A stretch of DNA of 63,008 bases, the filler included, from Atractiella rhizophila (taxonomy: Eukaryota): the NCBI GenBank assembly GCA_021432655.1. It is 4 parts of 4 records of this genome, joined end to end, with 100 filler letters (N's around TTAATTAATTAA, not from the genome) between each part and the next. Parts side by side here need not be neighbours in the genome. Positions count along the whole stretch, not along the records: positions 51,477 to 58,441 come from MU271837.1; positions 58,542 to 63,008 come from MU271851.1; 2 more parts are not named here. One strand, given 5' to 3'. Of the stretch, positions 51,477-63,008 are shown piece after piece. The notes beneath the pieces were generated by a model. That model did no database searches. It saw nothing but the letters and a program-made list of their open reading frames with translations, and had not been told where the DNA came from. A program made the translations under genes and the position numbers. Position 1 is the stretch's first letter, and each line of letters opens with the position of its first letter.

Positions 51477-54400
51477 CAGATTGAGATCTTGTCGGATAGA
51501 AGTAATATCTTATTGGCTATTGCTGGAAGGAACGATCACATTCGAGGTGCGTCATCCTTCACTCATCTTTTATGTTGTGAAGTTAGTAATGGTTTTGGTG
51601 TCGAATAGTGTACAGCTTGGACGTGATCAGATTTCAGATTGCAAAACGCATGCGCAATTTGGAGGAGAAAACGGGATTCAATTTCGAGGCGGACCTGAAC
51701 AACCTCCCAGGTTCTCAGGCCAGTAAAGGAAAAGGGAAAGCCTCCGCATCCCCATCTATCTTGACAACGACACCATACTCTCCCACCCGGTCGAACGTCG
51801 CGTCCAAATCGACCTCCCTCGATATGGCAAGCACGGCATTCATGTCCTCCTCCCAGATGCAAGCCTCAGCTTCAACCAGTTCAGCGATGACTGCCCCCGT
51901 AGGCCAGTATACTACACCTCCTCCTGTCCCTAGGGTACCTCTGCAATCTGGTCCGCGACCGAAATCTACTATCGAGACCACTCCACTTTCGGCTGTGGCA
52001 GCTGGGAAGAGAAGAGCGGATCGCAGACTCAGCGCTTCGTTTTCAGGGACGGAAATGACTATGACCAATACCGTTGGGACAGTCCCTGTTGGAGGAGGGA
52101 CGGTGTTGAGTCCTCCACCCCCGTTCTTGCAAACTCCGAAAGCGATGAAGAGGAATTCGCTTTCGATGCTTCCCGGTAGGAAAAGGAAGGTAGGCCTGGG
52201 TTTGGGAGACAGTTTGATGGATGATGATTGGGAGAATATCGAGGATGCCAGCATTATTCCGTCAGTTGAGGGTGGGGTGGCGGAAGGGAGAAGGGAGACA
52301 AGGAGGTTAGAACCTAGGCAGGCGGCTAGCGACAACGACCCTCTTGCCAATCTCAGAGCTGTGGCGGAGTTGGTCGGTACGCCACCTCAAACGTTAGGGA
52401 GAGGCAGCTCCAAATTGCAGAACATGGGGATGGGAGATGCTGTCGGCGTGCCCCCACCTCCCCAGAGGTTGCATGCCAGGGAGGCGTCTACGAGATCGCG
52501 CGAGGGCAGCTCAGATCTAATCGATTTCTTACGGGGCGGTCCGACCATCAATGGTCATGGCAATGGCCTCGTATCTCGAAATAGACCTTCGACAGGTAGT
52601 TTGAGCAACACTCCTACTACCCCAGAATTTGCACCGTCCGCCTCAATGCCGAATATTGTTCGCCGACCTAGCAACTCGAATACCCTCCAACCTCCTCCCG
52701 CTTCTTTACCACCAACCAGCTATCCCCTTCCCCCCTCTCCTCGTCCATCGACTTCTCAAGGTCTTCCTCCTTCTCCTTCATCGAGTCAAGCGAACATCAA
52801 TGGTGTGGGCACACCGATGCGGCGGAAAACGCTAGAAAGCCGCTCTGCTGCAGTGACAAGGGAGAGGGATGACGGTTTGTTGGATCTGGCGAAAATGCTT
52901 CGAGAAACTGGACCTCCCACAAGACCGTTACCTGCTACCCCGTCCTCCCTGCACCACAGTCCGTCGATTATTTCTAAACTCAGGAAGAAACGAAAGTCAG
53001 ATGCCTCCCAGTCAAGCTTCTCCAGCTCCACCTCGCCCCTTCCTCAACCTGGACGCCTCCCACCGAAATCTCCTCTCAAACGTGAAACTCCTTTGAACGA
53101 TCATCCCCTACCTTCTGAAAAGCATGAGCGTGAAGTAGATGAAAAGGAAAAGGCGAGGAGCTCAAACGAGGCGGAGGAAATGAAGGAGGTGAAGAGGGAG
53201 GGAAAACCAACAGAAATCACACCTTCATCGAGTCCAATGCTTCGCGAAACCACAGCAAGGAGTTCAGCTACTGCCGAAACAGTCAGGAGCAATGGAGCAG
53301 CTGCGTCCTCCAACCCGGTTCTCAGTCGAAGAAACTCGTTGGTGCCAAGGGGAGCGTCGATGGAGGGGCAGACTCATGCTTCACTGAGGGAGATTGCTAA
53401 CTTCCTGAAGGAGGAAACTCCAGAAGGTACCCCTCCACCTCGGCGAGGCGACACGTCCGCACCTGGTTCCCTTCGCATACGAAGAGAACCGAGAGAACCG
53501 ACTTCGAAACACAACAGTTATGGGTCTGGGGATGGTCCTTCGTCCGCCATGTCCCTTGCGGAGATCATCAGAGAAGGACCAGAGGAACTAGAGAACCCGC
53601 CAACTTCTCGTCCACAATCGATAGAAGGTTTACAGGAAAGGGAGGAAGGTGTCACTCCCCGTCAACGCAAACGTTGGTCCATGCTAGAATCCGTCTTTCG
53701 GACCACACCGAACTCGTCGAATCAAATCGGCCCGTCCAATGCGCCAGCACTCGAAGGCCCTCAAATTCCCACCAACGAATCCGATCTCACCCTCGATACC
53801 GCCACCCAACGACTGAACGAACCAGTCACGTCCATCCCCGTTCCCCCATATCTTGCTACAGATGAAGATACACCGAACACAAAACCTCGTCCTTACGAAT
53901 CCGAACCTGCAGGCGTCCAAGATGAACCAGCCCTTCCAAATCCGCCTGAGCTCGATCCTCTCATAGCGAGTACGACTCTCACTCAATACGTGAAGTTAAC
54001 ACGGACAAAAGGTGCTCGGTTGATTCGCGCCGTCGAAACCAAAAAGCGGACGTAGGTATCGAATCGTGCCGTTGCTTCTCACTAACGAGTAATATAGATA
54101 TTTGGCCGTATTGTGCGGTGATAATGGAGAAAGGGTAGAGCTGTTCACGGTTTGCCCTTTGATTTTATTAACTTGGACGCCACACTCAAGGAATTAAATA
54201 GGGATCCAAAAACGTCTCTCTTTCGCTAAATAGGACGTTCGTGCTTCCAGAAACGCCGAGAACGTAAGTCATGATCCCAATCAGACTGCTGAAATCTGAG
54301 TCGTGACATAGAATCGAGTTCCAACTACAGGGAGATGACTTGATCGACATCTATCTTCTCTATGAGGAGAGTATCTTTGCATTGGAACCCGCCACCATCC

Positions 54401-55580
54401 GAGTTCGAGAGGTGGGAGTCGGCCGGAACGAAAGAAGGGCAGCAAGGAGGGAACGGGAGCGGGAAGCGAGGGAGGCAGCGTCGATGTCTGGGCAACATCC
54501 AGCGGATATGCCCTTGGATACCTCCGAGCCACACTTCAACTTTGCTTCACCAATGTCTCCCGATACCAATCATCATCATCGAAGACAGCGATCTACAGCG
54601 ACAGCTGAGATGGCACAGAATCCTCCTCCAGGCTCATCCAATGTAGGTGGGACAACCGCCACCGGAAACGCGAACGGAGGGACGAATGCGAATACAACGG
54701 CCGCACCGAACGGGACTGGGAATGCTCCTACTACAGGTCGCACATCGAACGTTGAAGCTGGGCCGCCGGGGAATCATCGACCGATGACACCAGCGGCGCA
54801 GGAGGAACAAAACCTTTTGGCCGTGAAATCACTCAATCCTTATACGACCTTTCAGCAGTTGGCTTTTCTCCCTCCAGTCCCTTCGTCCATCCTAGCTTCC
54901 TCATATGTCATTCCGCCGCGCTACGAGTCCGTCGTCGATTCAACACCAGCTCCTCCGCCGAAAGATGTCGCTGTCGCTCCCGAGACACCGATCACTCCTA
55001 CCACTCCGGGTTTGGATGGGAGATCCTCCTTGCTTTCGCCCATTTCCTTACTTAGTAATCCCACGGCTCAAGCGCACGGTCCGCCAGGTCTGTTTTTCGT
55101 CACGAAGGCGAAACAGATCACTGGAATCGTGGACGCGGAAGGGAGGAGCATCATTCGGAAACCCGTGTTTTGGCAGGGAGAGCCAGTGGATCCGGCGAGG
55201 TTCGAAATGAGGTCGTCTGATGTTATTAGCAGGGTGGAGATGCTGGTTTCTGACTCCCAGAAGACAATATTGATCGGCGTAAGTCCCTTTCTGCTCTCTG
55301 GGGTCAACAACCTGAGCTTGTCTAACTTTACCTGTAGGTCGGGCCGAATGACATCCAAGCTGTGCCTGTGTTGGGTTCTTCGATTGACTTCCCCTTCGGA
55401 AGCGCTGTCTCCATCCTGCCGCCGCTTTTGACAAAGCGTGGATTCAAGCATACTGACAACTTTGATGGTCTAAGAGATGTCGTCTTCCTTGGGAAGGCGA
55501 ATGCTACGAATCAAGTGTTTTGGGCGGAAAGGAAGAATAATACTACCTGCCTCTACGCCGTGGCGACGACTCACTATTGA
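51477..55580 (+). CDS. Large hypothetical protein (5' truncated): long disordered S/P-rich region, C-terminal CNH-like segments
   Basis: 815-aa ORF plus spliced YVKLTRTKGARLIRAVETKKRT|YLAVLCGDNGERVELFT|GSKNVSLSLNRTFVLPETPR..IEFQLQGDDLIDIYLL. Confidence 0.75.
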
Positions 55581-56129
55581 CCTATTCCTCAACTTATCAG
55601 TGACTTCTTTATCATTCACTTTCTCGCCGTGGCAGTTTATACATGATATTTGCTCCCTCTCTATTTCAACCAATCAAAATACCCAGGACATATACTTGTG
55701 CCTCGACTCTCCTACACTCTTGTTATTTGCAATGTATAACCTCGCATACTCCCTCAATTTCTCGCTTGTCTAAATTCAGAGGGAACGCTACAAAAGCAGC
55801 CATCTTCGAGTCCAAAATTGTCGATTCCACCAACACGGAAGGGCATAAAGGAATCAAAGTAAAGAGGTTTTCTGTATGTATCCTATAACGTATCCAATGA
55901 TATTAAAGAAATACCATATGCGCTACCACCTATTCTCGATGGGGTCGTGGGTCAGCGCGCGGCGACGCAGAGTCGCGTGAACTCGGGAGGAACCGACAAA
56001 ACCCGGTCGACGAATCACTCTCCTCCCATTCCAGCGACGTCAACTGTTCCTCGACTTCCTCCCAGACACCTGCAGCCAGGACAGGACGACGCCACACACG
56101 TCAAGACAAGTCAGGAGGGAACCGCCGAG

Positions 56130-58347
56130 ATGTCTGGAATCGACGATCTCTTCCGCGCACTCGAGCAGCAGCTGCACTCCGCCTGGGAGTCTCTTCCCCC
56201 GTTCATAACGCCGGAGGAGCTCAACGCGCACCTGCACGCCCTGTGGCACTCTCTGCCCTCTCCGCCGTCTCTCCCCTCCGTCGGATCATCCAACAACTCC
56301 AAAAAAGTCGAAATCTTGTTCGCTGAGCCATCCACCGCTTTTCGTCGTCCTCCCGCCGCTGCGGAGAAGGGATGGAGCTGGAAGAGCATCGCATTGCTCA
56401 CATTTGGAGTGGGAGTCTCGGCTTCAATCTCTTTCTATGCTCTCTATCCCCATCTGAAATACCATCTGCGAGAAAAACCGGCTCGTCCGCTTCGGGATCC
56501 GTCCGGCGATGTCCGAGAGACGATGTTGATCGTGGGGGTGGAGAAGGGGAGTGTGGGAGAAGAACTCGCGAGGTGGTTTGAGAAGAGGGGATGGGTCACC
56601 ATTTGTGCGACTGCGAAAGTGGGAGAGGTGGAGGAGTTGGAGAGGAGGGGAAATGGGAAGAGGAAGGTTATAGTGCTTGAGGCGGCCGATGTGAGTTGAT
56701 TCCTTCTTATGCGATAAGAATTGGTTGAAGCTCCCCGTCTCTGTTTTAAGTGTCTTTTTCACCTCCAATTCTTCTTCACTTCAATTCTTTGTTGTCAACC
56801 ATGACCCTGATGTGATGCTGCTAAATGCAGTGTGTGACTGTTTGGAGAGGATGATGGTTCCCTTCTATTCACTCTGCTTTCTCAATTCCAGTCGAAATGC
56901 AGAGGGGAAACGAAGGGATATATCGATGGTGGAATCAATAGAAGGTTCTTTTCTTCCTCGTGAACTGATCCTCCAGCGATTTCTACATTTCTTCTTCTTT
57001 CGGAAGAAAATACGCGCGTGTATTCCACAGAGCAATACTGACAGAAGGATTGCTGAATGGGAATAGCCCACCTCGATCCCTCCCTTCCTTCGCTCGCTCA
57101 CCTCCGCCCTCACCCTTCGGTTCCCACTCCACGCCAATTCGACCTCCTCATCGACCTACTCTTCCACTCCACTCCTCCTCACGTGTGCCATCAACTGTCT
57201 CCCCCTCCTACACTCTTCGCCTAACGGTCTCTATCCCCTCGAATCCGTGACGGAGGACCGTCTAGCTCCATACACCACGGCGTTAACGACCAACATCCTG
57301 CTGACAAAGTCCCTGTTACCCTTCCTTCGTCGACCTGGGACATCACAGGTCGACGCCGAAGTAAACAGGAGTCTGATCACGTTGATGAACAGTTCCACGG
57401 CCGCGTTGGAACTTCCCTTCCTGTCCCTTCAAACGGGAATGGACCATGCTCTCCTCTCCGTCATCTCTTCCCTTCGTCGTGAACTCTCCACCATCCCTTC
57501 CTCCCTCAACCACCCTCCGATCAAACTCCAGACCATGTACGTCGGGCTGACGAAACCGCTTCGTTGTTCTCCTCCCCCGTCTCCGGGATCGAGGTCGCTC
57601 TCCCCATCCACTGTTGGATTAGCTTTGGGAGGGATGAATGCGGGTTTGGAGGCTATGTATGCCCCGGGATTGATGAGGAGGATGGGAGGAGGGAGGAGGA
57701 GAAGAAGTGAGATGAGGGAGGTGGTGTTTGAGTTGGCGGAGGTTGTGTTGGGAAAAAGGGGGAGGGGAAAGAGTTATTCGATCGGAGAGGGAGGTGGGTC
57801 CTTCCTTTTTTACTAACTTATGACGGAACATGCTGATGTAACCTTCTGTGTGCTTGATGCCTCTTCATCTGTTCTTTGGATACACTTTCGATTGCCAATC
57901 ACAGCAACGAGTCATAGACTGGCTGGATGTCTTCCATCCTCCGTCCTCGACGCTTTCATCCGTCTTCAAGACCAATCCTCCTCCCTCCTCTCCAATCCCT
58001 CTCTAAACTTCCGAGAACAACCAACGCCCCGACCAACGCGAAAGAACATCAAAGCGTCGCGCACGCTGAACGCATTAGGTCTAAAGAGGGGACGAAAAGC
58101 GGGGCCGGAGTCGATGCGTCTCCAATCCGCGAGCAACTCGTCCTCGAACATCTCGCCCGTGGACTCGAGCGAGCTGGACGCGATCTCGAGCGGAGAGTCC
58201 GCCGAGGAGTTGGGGAATTCGATCGCAGAGGAGAGGAGGAAGCGGGAACACGAGGCTGAGGGAGAGGGTGATGGGGGACTCGGTAGTTTTGTGAGTGAGG
58301 CGGGATGGAGGGATGAGAGCGTGTTGTTGCAGAGGGAGAGGGCGTGA
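56130..58347 (+). CDS. Fungal DUF1776-like protein (TM helix + degenerate SDR/Rossmann-like fold)
   Basis: RETMLIVGVE..LARWFEKRGWVTI..VIVLEAAD|PTSIPPFLRSLTSALTLRFP..SLRREL. Confidence 0.7.
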
Positions 58348-58441
58348 GCGGAGAAGGGGGGATATTATTTAAGAGTTCGTTGTTTGGTCCGCTCTGTCTT
58401 CTCTTCTATGCAGGAGTCACTGTTGCTAGCTCTCCTGGAGC

Positions 58442-58541
58442 NNNNNNNNNNNNNNNNNNNNNNNNNNNNNNNNNNNNNNNNNNNNTTAATTAATTAANNN
58501 NNNNNNNNNNNNNNNNNNNNNNNNNNNNNNNNNNNNNNNNN
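58442..58541. other. Artificial contig linker N44-TTAATTAATTAA-N44
   Basis: Same cassette. Confidence 0.97.
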
Positions 58542-59181
58542 GGGCATTTCACCACGAGGTAGGACGGTAGATTGCTGACTTTAAGTGGTGAATTCCCGCT
58601 ACTGCATTCACAGGTTGGTACCTATCTACAGTCGACATGTTAGGATGGATAATGGGGGACTCTTTAACTTACCGCATCTAAGCGCAAATGTCCAACAGCA
58701 CGCTGCGCGACGCTGCTGTGTTTCCTGAATTTACCGTCCGGCCCCTGCATGTTGAAGGAATACAGTGGTCAAAGAGGATCGCAAAACATGGGCTGCACTA
58801 AGCCACACTGTAAGCTATGTAAAGCATACGTTTGCAAGAGCTCAGCTAAATATAATCACGCTCGTACTTAAGTCGCTTGCAGCCACGTCGAGACGACAAG
58901 GTTGGTCTGCTTCAAGTTTTCCGCATTGAAGACCTCAATCAATTCTTCTTCACCTGGAATGTCCTCTTGCGCCAGCTGCCAAGGATCAAGTTGGCACAAG
59001 CGTCGAACATTTAATAGGGGAGTCATCACTGCCCATCGGTTGATTTGCTCATCATGAGGAAGAAAATGTTCGTGAAGTTCGTGACATTGCCCTCAGACCC
59101 ATAAGCAACAAATATATTCCGACGACATGAGAAATCCTAGCAACATAGAACCCGAACGTCTACTGTTCTATCTATTCACTT

Positions 59182-61398
59182 TTATGCCACATCCCTCCTA
59201 CCAGATTCAACGCTCCCAACGTCATCACCATTCTCCTTAGAATCTTCATCTCCATACTTCTCCAAGTCGTGGCTATTCAGCTCCTTGACCCTTTCAGGTG
59301 TCGGAGGATGCATAACTCCCAATTCGTCCCGTGCATCATCGCCGAAGATCTGATTGATTTCTTCGAGAGATTTTCCTTTTGTTTCAGGGTAGAAGAAGGT
59401 GAATACGAGGGCACAGAGAAAGTTGACCACTGCAAAGATCACGTAGTACTTCCACCTTTCAGAATACGCAATGTTAGCCCTCGTTGGCATGAAAGAGCCT
59501 TCAGAGATGAAAGCAAGGTCCGCTTACCCAATGTGCTCCAGAGCGATCGGCGACACTTCAGTCAACAATGTCGAGAAAAGGTATCCTGATGCTTGTGCCA
59601 CACCATGGGCTTTCGCTCTCATTTGGACCGTGAAGACTTCTGGAGGGTAGACCCAGGAGACGGGTCCCGAGAATAGGGAATGGAAGACTGAGACTGAGAA
59701 GACACCTAGGTTTCGTCCAAAGATCGGAAACATTACCATTGAAATCAGGAGAATGACGCACAGGCAACACTGAAACGTTGGGCTACAACGTTGACGTGTC
59801 TTTACGGCGCATTGGATTAGGGATGCCGCGAGGAGTGAGAGTCAAATAAATACTCACTCGGCTGTCGGTGGGTAACTCGCTGAGCTGCAGGATCAAGCAC
59901 ATTAGGCTCCAGATTACTGCGTGCAATAGAGAGGATGGACTTACAGCGCCGCGATGACGGCGAATGCTGTACAATACCCATATGAAGTGATTGCTGGTCA
60001 TCATGGCCAAAGGTCAAGCCAGTCTATCCGTGAATCGAGAGTGGACCTACCCAAGAGCGGGACACGCCCAACCTTTTCTACGAAAGTTAGAGCGATAAGT
60101 ACGCAAATAGGCGATAGACAACCGTAGAGACCTAATTATGCGTTCGATCGGTATCTGCACATGCCGAACGTATCTCAGTGAAAAACACACCAGTCACGAG
60201 GAGTTGGGTATCAGCATTAAACTTCAAAGCCCTGTAGATGAATGGCTGGTAATACTGCACGAAGCTGAGCCCAGAAATAATGGTCGCAGTCCACACGAAA
60301 GTGCCGAGGAAGAGACGGCGCAGAAGGCTTTTCGTCGTTAGGATTGTGTACCATGATGTGCCATTCTTCATGTAAATGAGATCGGCGCGAACAGAATCCC
60401 TGATGTGCGAAAATATAGCTGTCAGCATGACAAACGTTTCGACGAGCAGAGGCAGAGTTTTAGAGGGACAAAGATTGCTTACCTTATCTCGATAAACTCT
60501 GCAGTCACCGCGTCAGGATCGTCTTTGTGCCTGTACCAACGCAGGGACATTTCTGCTTCCTCCTCTCTACCTTTGAGACATAACCATCGTGCTGCCCAGT
60601 ACCCGTCAGAATTCAGCGTCTGAAGGAAATGGGAGAAAAGCGAACGCGATTCGGGAATGAACATTACCCCAGCACCAAGAATGATTGCTGGGATGGCTGT
60701 AAGAGCAAAGCAGATCCTCCATGATCCCGCATTCTCCACGAACTTGAATCCATAACCCGTCCAAAAGGCAGTGAAGAAGCCCATGGCGACGAAGAATTGG
60801 GTAAGACCATTAGTTCGCGCTCGCTCAGCCTTCTTCGAAATCTCGGCTGAAAAAATGGGAGAAGCTGAGGTGATGGTTCTGTTGCCCCAGGTCAATTGCC
60901 GGCTTCCCACAAATCAGGCAAAACCCCATACGCTACACATCCGCCTTCGAATGCTCGCCCAACAAGCAGCATTCCAAGGTGTGCCGAACCGGCCATGAAT
61001 CTTTGTTCCCCACAATGAGAAGAGAAAGGGACGGTAGAATGTTGATCGCCTACCCAGCGCCGATGACTCCCAACACACATCCGAGGAGCACAGTCTTCCT
61101 CCTCCCCAATCGATTCCCCACCAGTCCCGAAAGCAGACCACCAAAGAAACCTCCTGCCTGATACACGGACACGACAGCTCCCGTCACAGCTGACGAGGGG
61201 TGATGGAAATACGTGACAAAGTTGGGTTGCACCAGAACGGGAGTGGTGATACCGCTGTCGAATCCATACAGGAAACCGCCTATTCCTTCTTCAACCAAAG
61301 GAAAAAGCAATATGAGGAGTTGACGTACCAATGGCCAAATAGAGAGAAATGAGAAACGGCCTCGTCAGGACAGTACGCTCCAGAAGAGAGGGAGCCAT
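59182..61398 (-). CDS. MFS sugar porter
   Basis: GGFLYGFDSG, NRLGRRK, PIFSAEIS, IPES..RWL, GPVSWVYPPEVF..MRAK, FYPETKGKSLEEI. Confidence 0.93.
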
Positions 61399-62787
61399 CG
61401 CGTTCGCTATTAATATGAGGCGCTAAGCTCAAAGCAGCTTAGATATCGCGATGAAGAGATTGGCTCTTTGGCGTGTTTTTGAACGCTCAAGCTGCAGGAG
61501 CAGGATAAACAGAGGACGCTGCCTATTTTATGGGGTCGCGTTGCGGCAAGATGTGTGTGGAGGAGGCACTAAGGATTAGTTTGGACAATGCTCCGATCCG
61601 TCCATAACCACGTTCAAACCCTGAACAGGTTCAATGGTTGCAAAATCCTGCACATCCATCGTTCTTTCGTCTGCTTCTGTAACGGATCAAGAGGAATCGT
61701 GAGCCGACACGCAAAGATCGCAGCAGCAGAGGGATGAATTGCTGGTTTGGTAAGGTTTGCAAAATGACAACGTAACAATAAAATGCTTATCTAATGATCG
61801 ACACGGATCTCAGACTGAACTGCACGGATTCGAGATTAACAAACTTAACTTTGCCTGTCCCCTTGCATCGGAACATCAAGACCCCTGGAGCTGCAGAACA
61901 TCATGTCCGACAAACCAGCAAAGTCATGAGCAACGGAGGGATGCGTTCAATTCCCATTCCCCACCAACGTCCGTGTCGCGATTGCAAACCAAACAACCAG
62001 GGAGCAACAGATTGATTCTGGTTTCCCCTCATCAGCGATACAACACTGGAGGAATATTTGTCCCTCTTTCCGAAAGCGAAAACGAAAAGGAAGTGTTCTG
62101 AATATCACGGCGGCGGAGACTTCAACACAGCATTGCAGACTTCTTTCGTCACAGCAACAGGTGCCAACCGTGCCGGGAGCAGAGATGGTGAGGGACATAC
62201 TGCAAAAAATGAATCAGGCACGGATGGATGTAGGCAGGTTGAAGCTTTGCAGCGTGTAAAAGAAAATGAAAATGTTCAAGTTGCTTGAGCCGAACCAGTC
62301 CATTTGGGAGAAACTTCCCGTCATTGACGAAAATGAATCGTCGCACTTCTCGGGAGATTCCTTGCAGCAGGCATACTGTATCCGCGTTGCACCATCTTGA
62401 ACTTTCGAACACTTTCATCGCTGCTCAAAATCGGCACAGACCCGAAAATTATCGTAAACTCAATGCTCTTCCAATAGTTCCGAGTCGCACACATCAGTCA
62501 AAAAGAGAGATCAACATCACAGGTACAGTGCGCTTGTACCCTCAGGAACACAACAAAGCTCTACAAATATTGTGACTGTGATGTCGCGTCATAGAAGAGA
62601 GCCACATATTGGCGGGATAATATCATCTCTCCTGTGTCTTTCACAGAAGGCAAGCCTCGAAGTCTCTCATCTTTGATAAACCTCCAATCTTCCTACTACA
62701 GCCTTCCCAGCAAGCGAGACGTCCATTCATGGATGTTCATCACACTACTTTCCTAAACATTCTTGCAACACAACTCGCTCTTTCTTA

Positions 62788-62811
62788 GCTTCAGCTTCAG
62801 CTTCAGCTTCA
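62788..62811. repeat. (AGCTTC)4 microsatellite directly before an ATG
   Basis: Direct reading. Confidence 0.8.
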
Positions 62812-63008
62812 TGACCTCAAGCCTCGACCTGGCCACTCTAGGGTTCTATAACAAACACCATTCATTGCTTACACTGCCGTTGTATCGTAACCTTCTCCAT
62901 TACTTGTAAACTCCAACCACACCTAAGATAGAAGAATCAGGCGACGAGCTTCTTGAGCTGGCCAGTCTGGGCGAGTATCTGGAGCTTGTCGTTACCTATA
63001 CCCCAACA
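62811..63008 (+). CDS. Possible start of a hypothetical gene running off the window
   Basis: MTSSLDLATLGFYNKHHSLLTLPLY|RDELLELASLGEY.. using a putative 54-nt GT-AG intron. Confidence 0.3.

Noticed and set aside
61757..62575. Short overlapping ORFs upstream of the sugar porter
   Set aside because: No consistent gene model; possibly a decayed gene but unsupported.
1..63008. CRISPR arrays, tRNA/rRNA genes, intact transposons, prokaryotic systems
   Set aside because: None recognised by eye; the sequence is spliceosomal-intron-rich fungal DNA.

Overview
Intron-rich basidiomycete fungal DNA (probably Pucciniomycotina; inference) made of four contigs joined by artificial N44-TTAATTAATTAA-N44 linkers, plus one plain 256-N gap. 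About 27 protein genes can be assembled by hand-splicing. They include SSL1, gluconokinase, NUC1, a triple-bromodomain protein, UBC12, a TetX-like monooxygenase, a MAK5-like helicase, MPH1, a CBM12-DM9 protein, SAM50, RPL8, DPB2, EGD1, myosin II, a sugar porter and four Zn2Cys6 proteins. Three observations stand out. (1) About 26.1-30.9 kb is reversed but not complemented. Read right-to-left it gives the missing 5' half of MPH1 and a hidden Zn2Cys6 gene, so it is almost certainly a data artefact. (2) A spliced BED-type zinc finger is fused to a catalytically intact 5-hydroxyisourate hydrolase. (3) Two tandem genes encode secreted, Kex2-type-processed 23-24 aa peptides with 8 cysteines. At least five GC-AG introns and several microexons are also present. 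All splice models are manual and unverified by RNA data.
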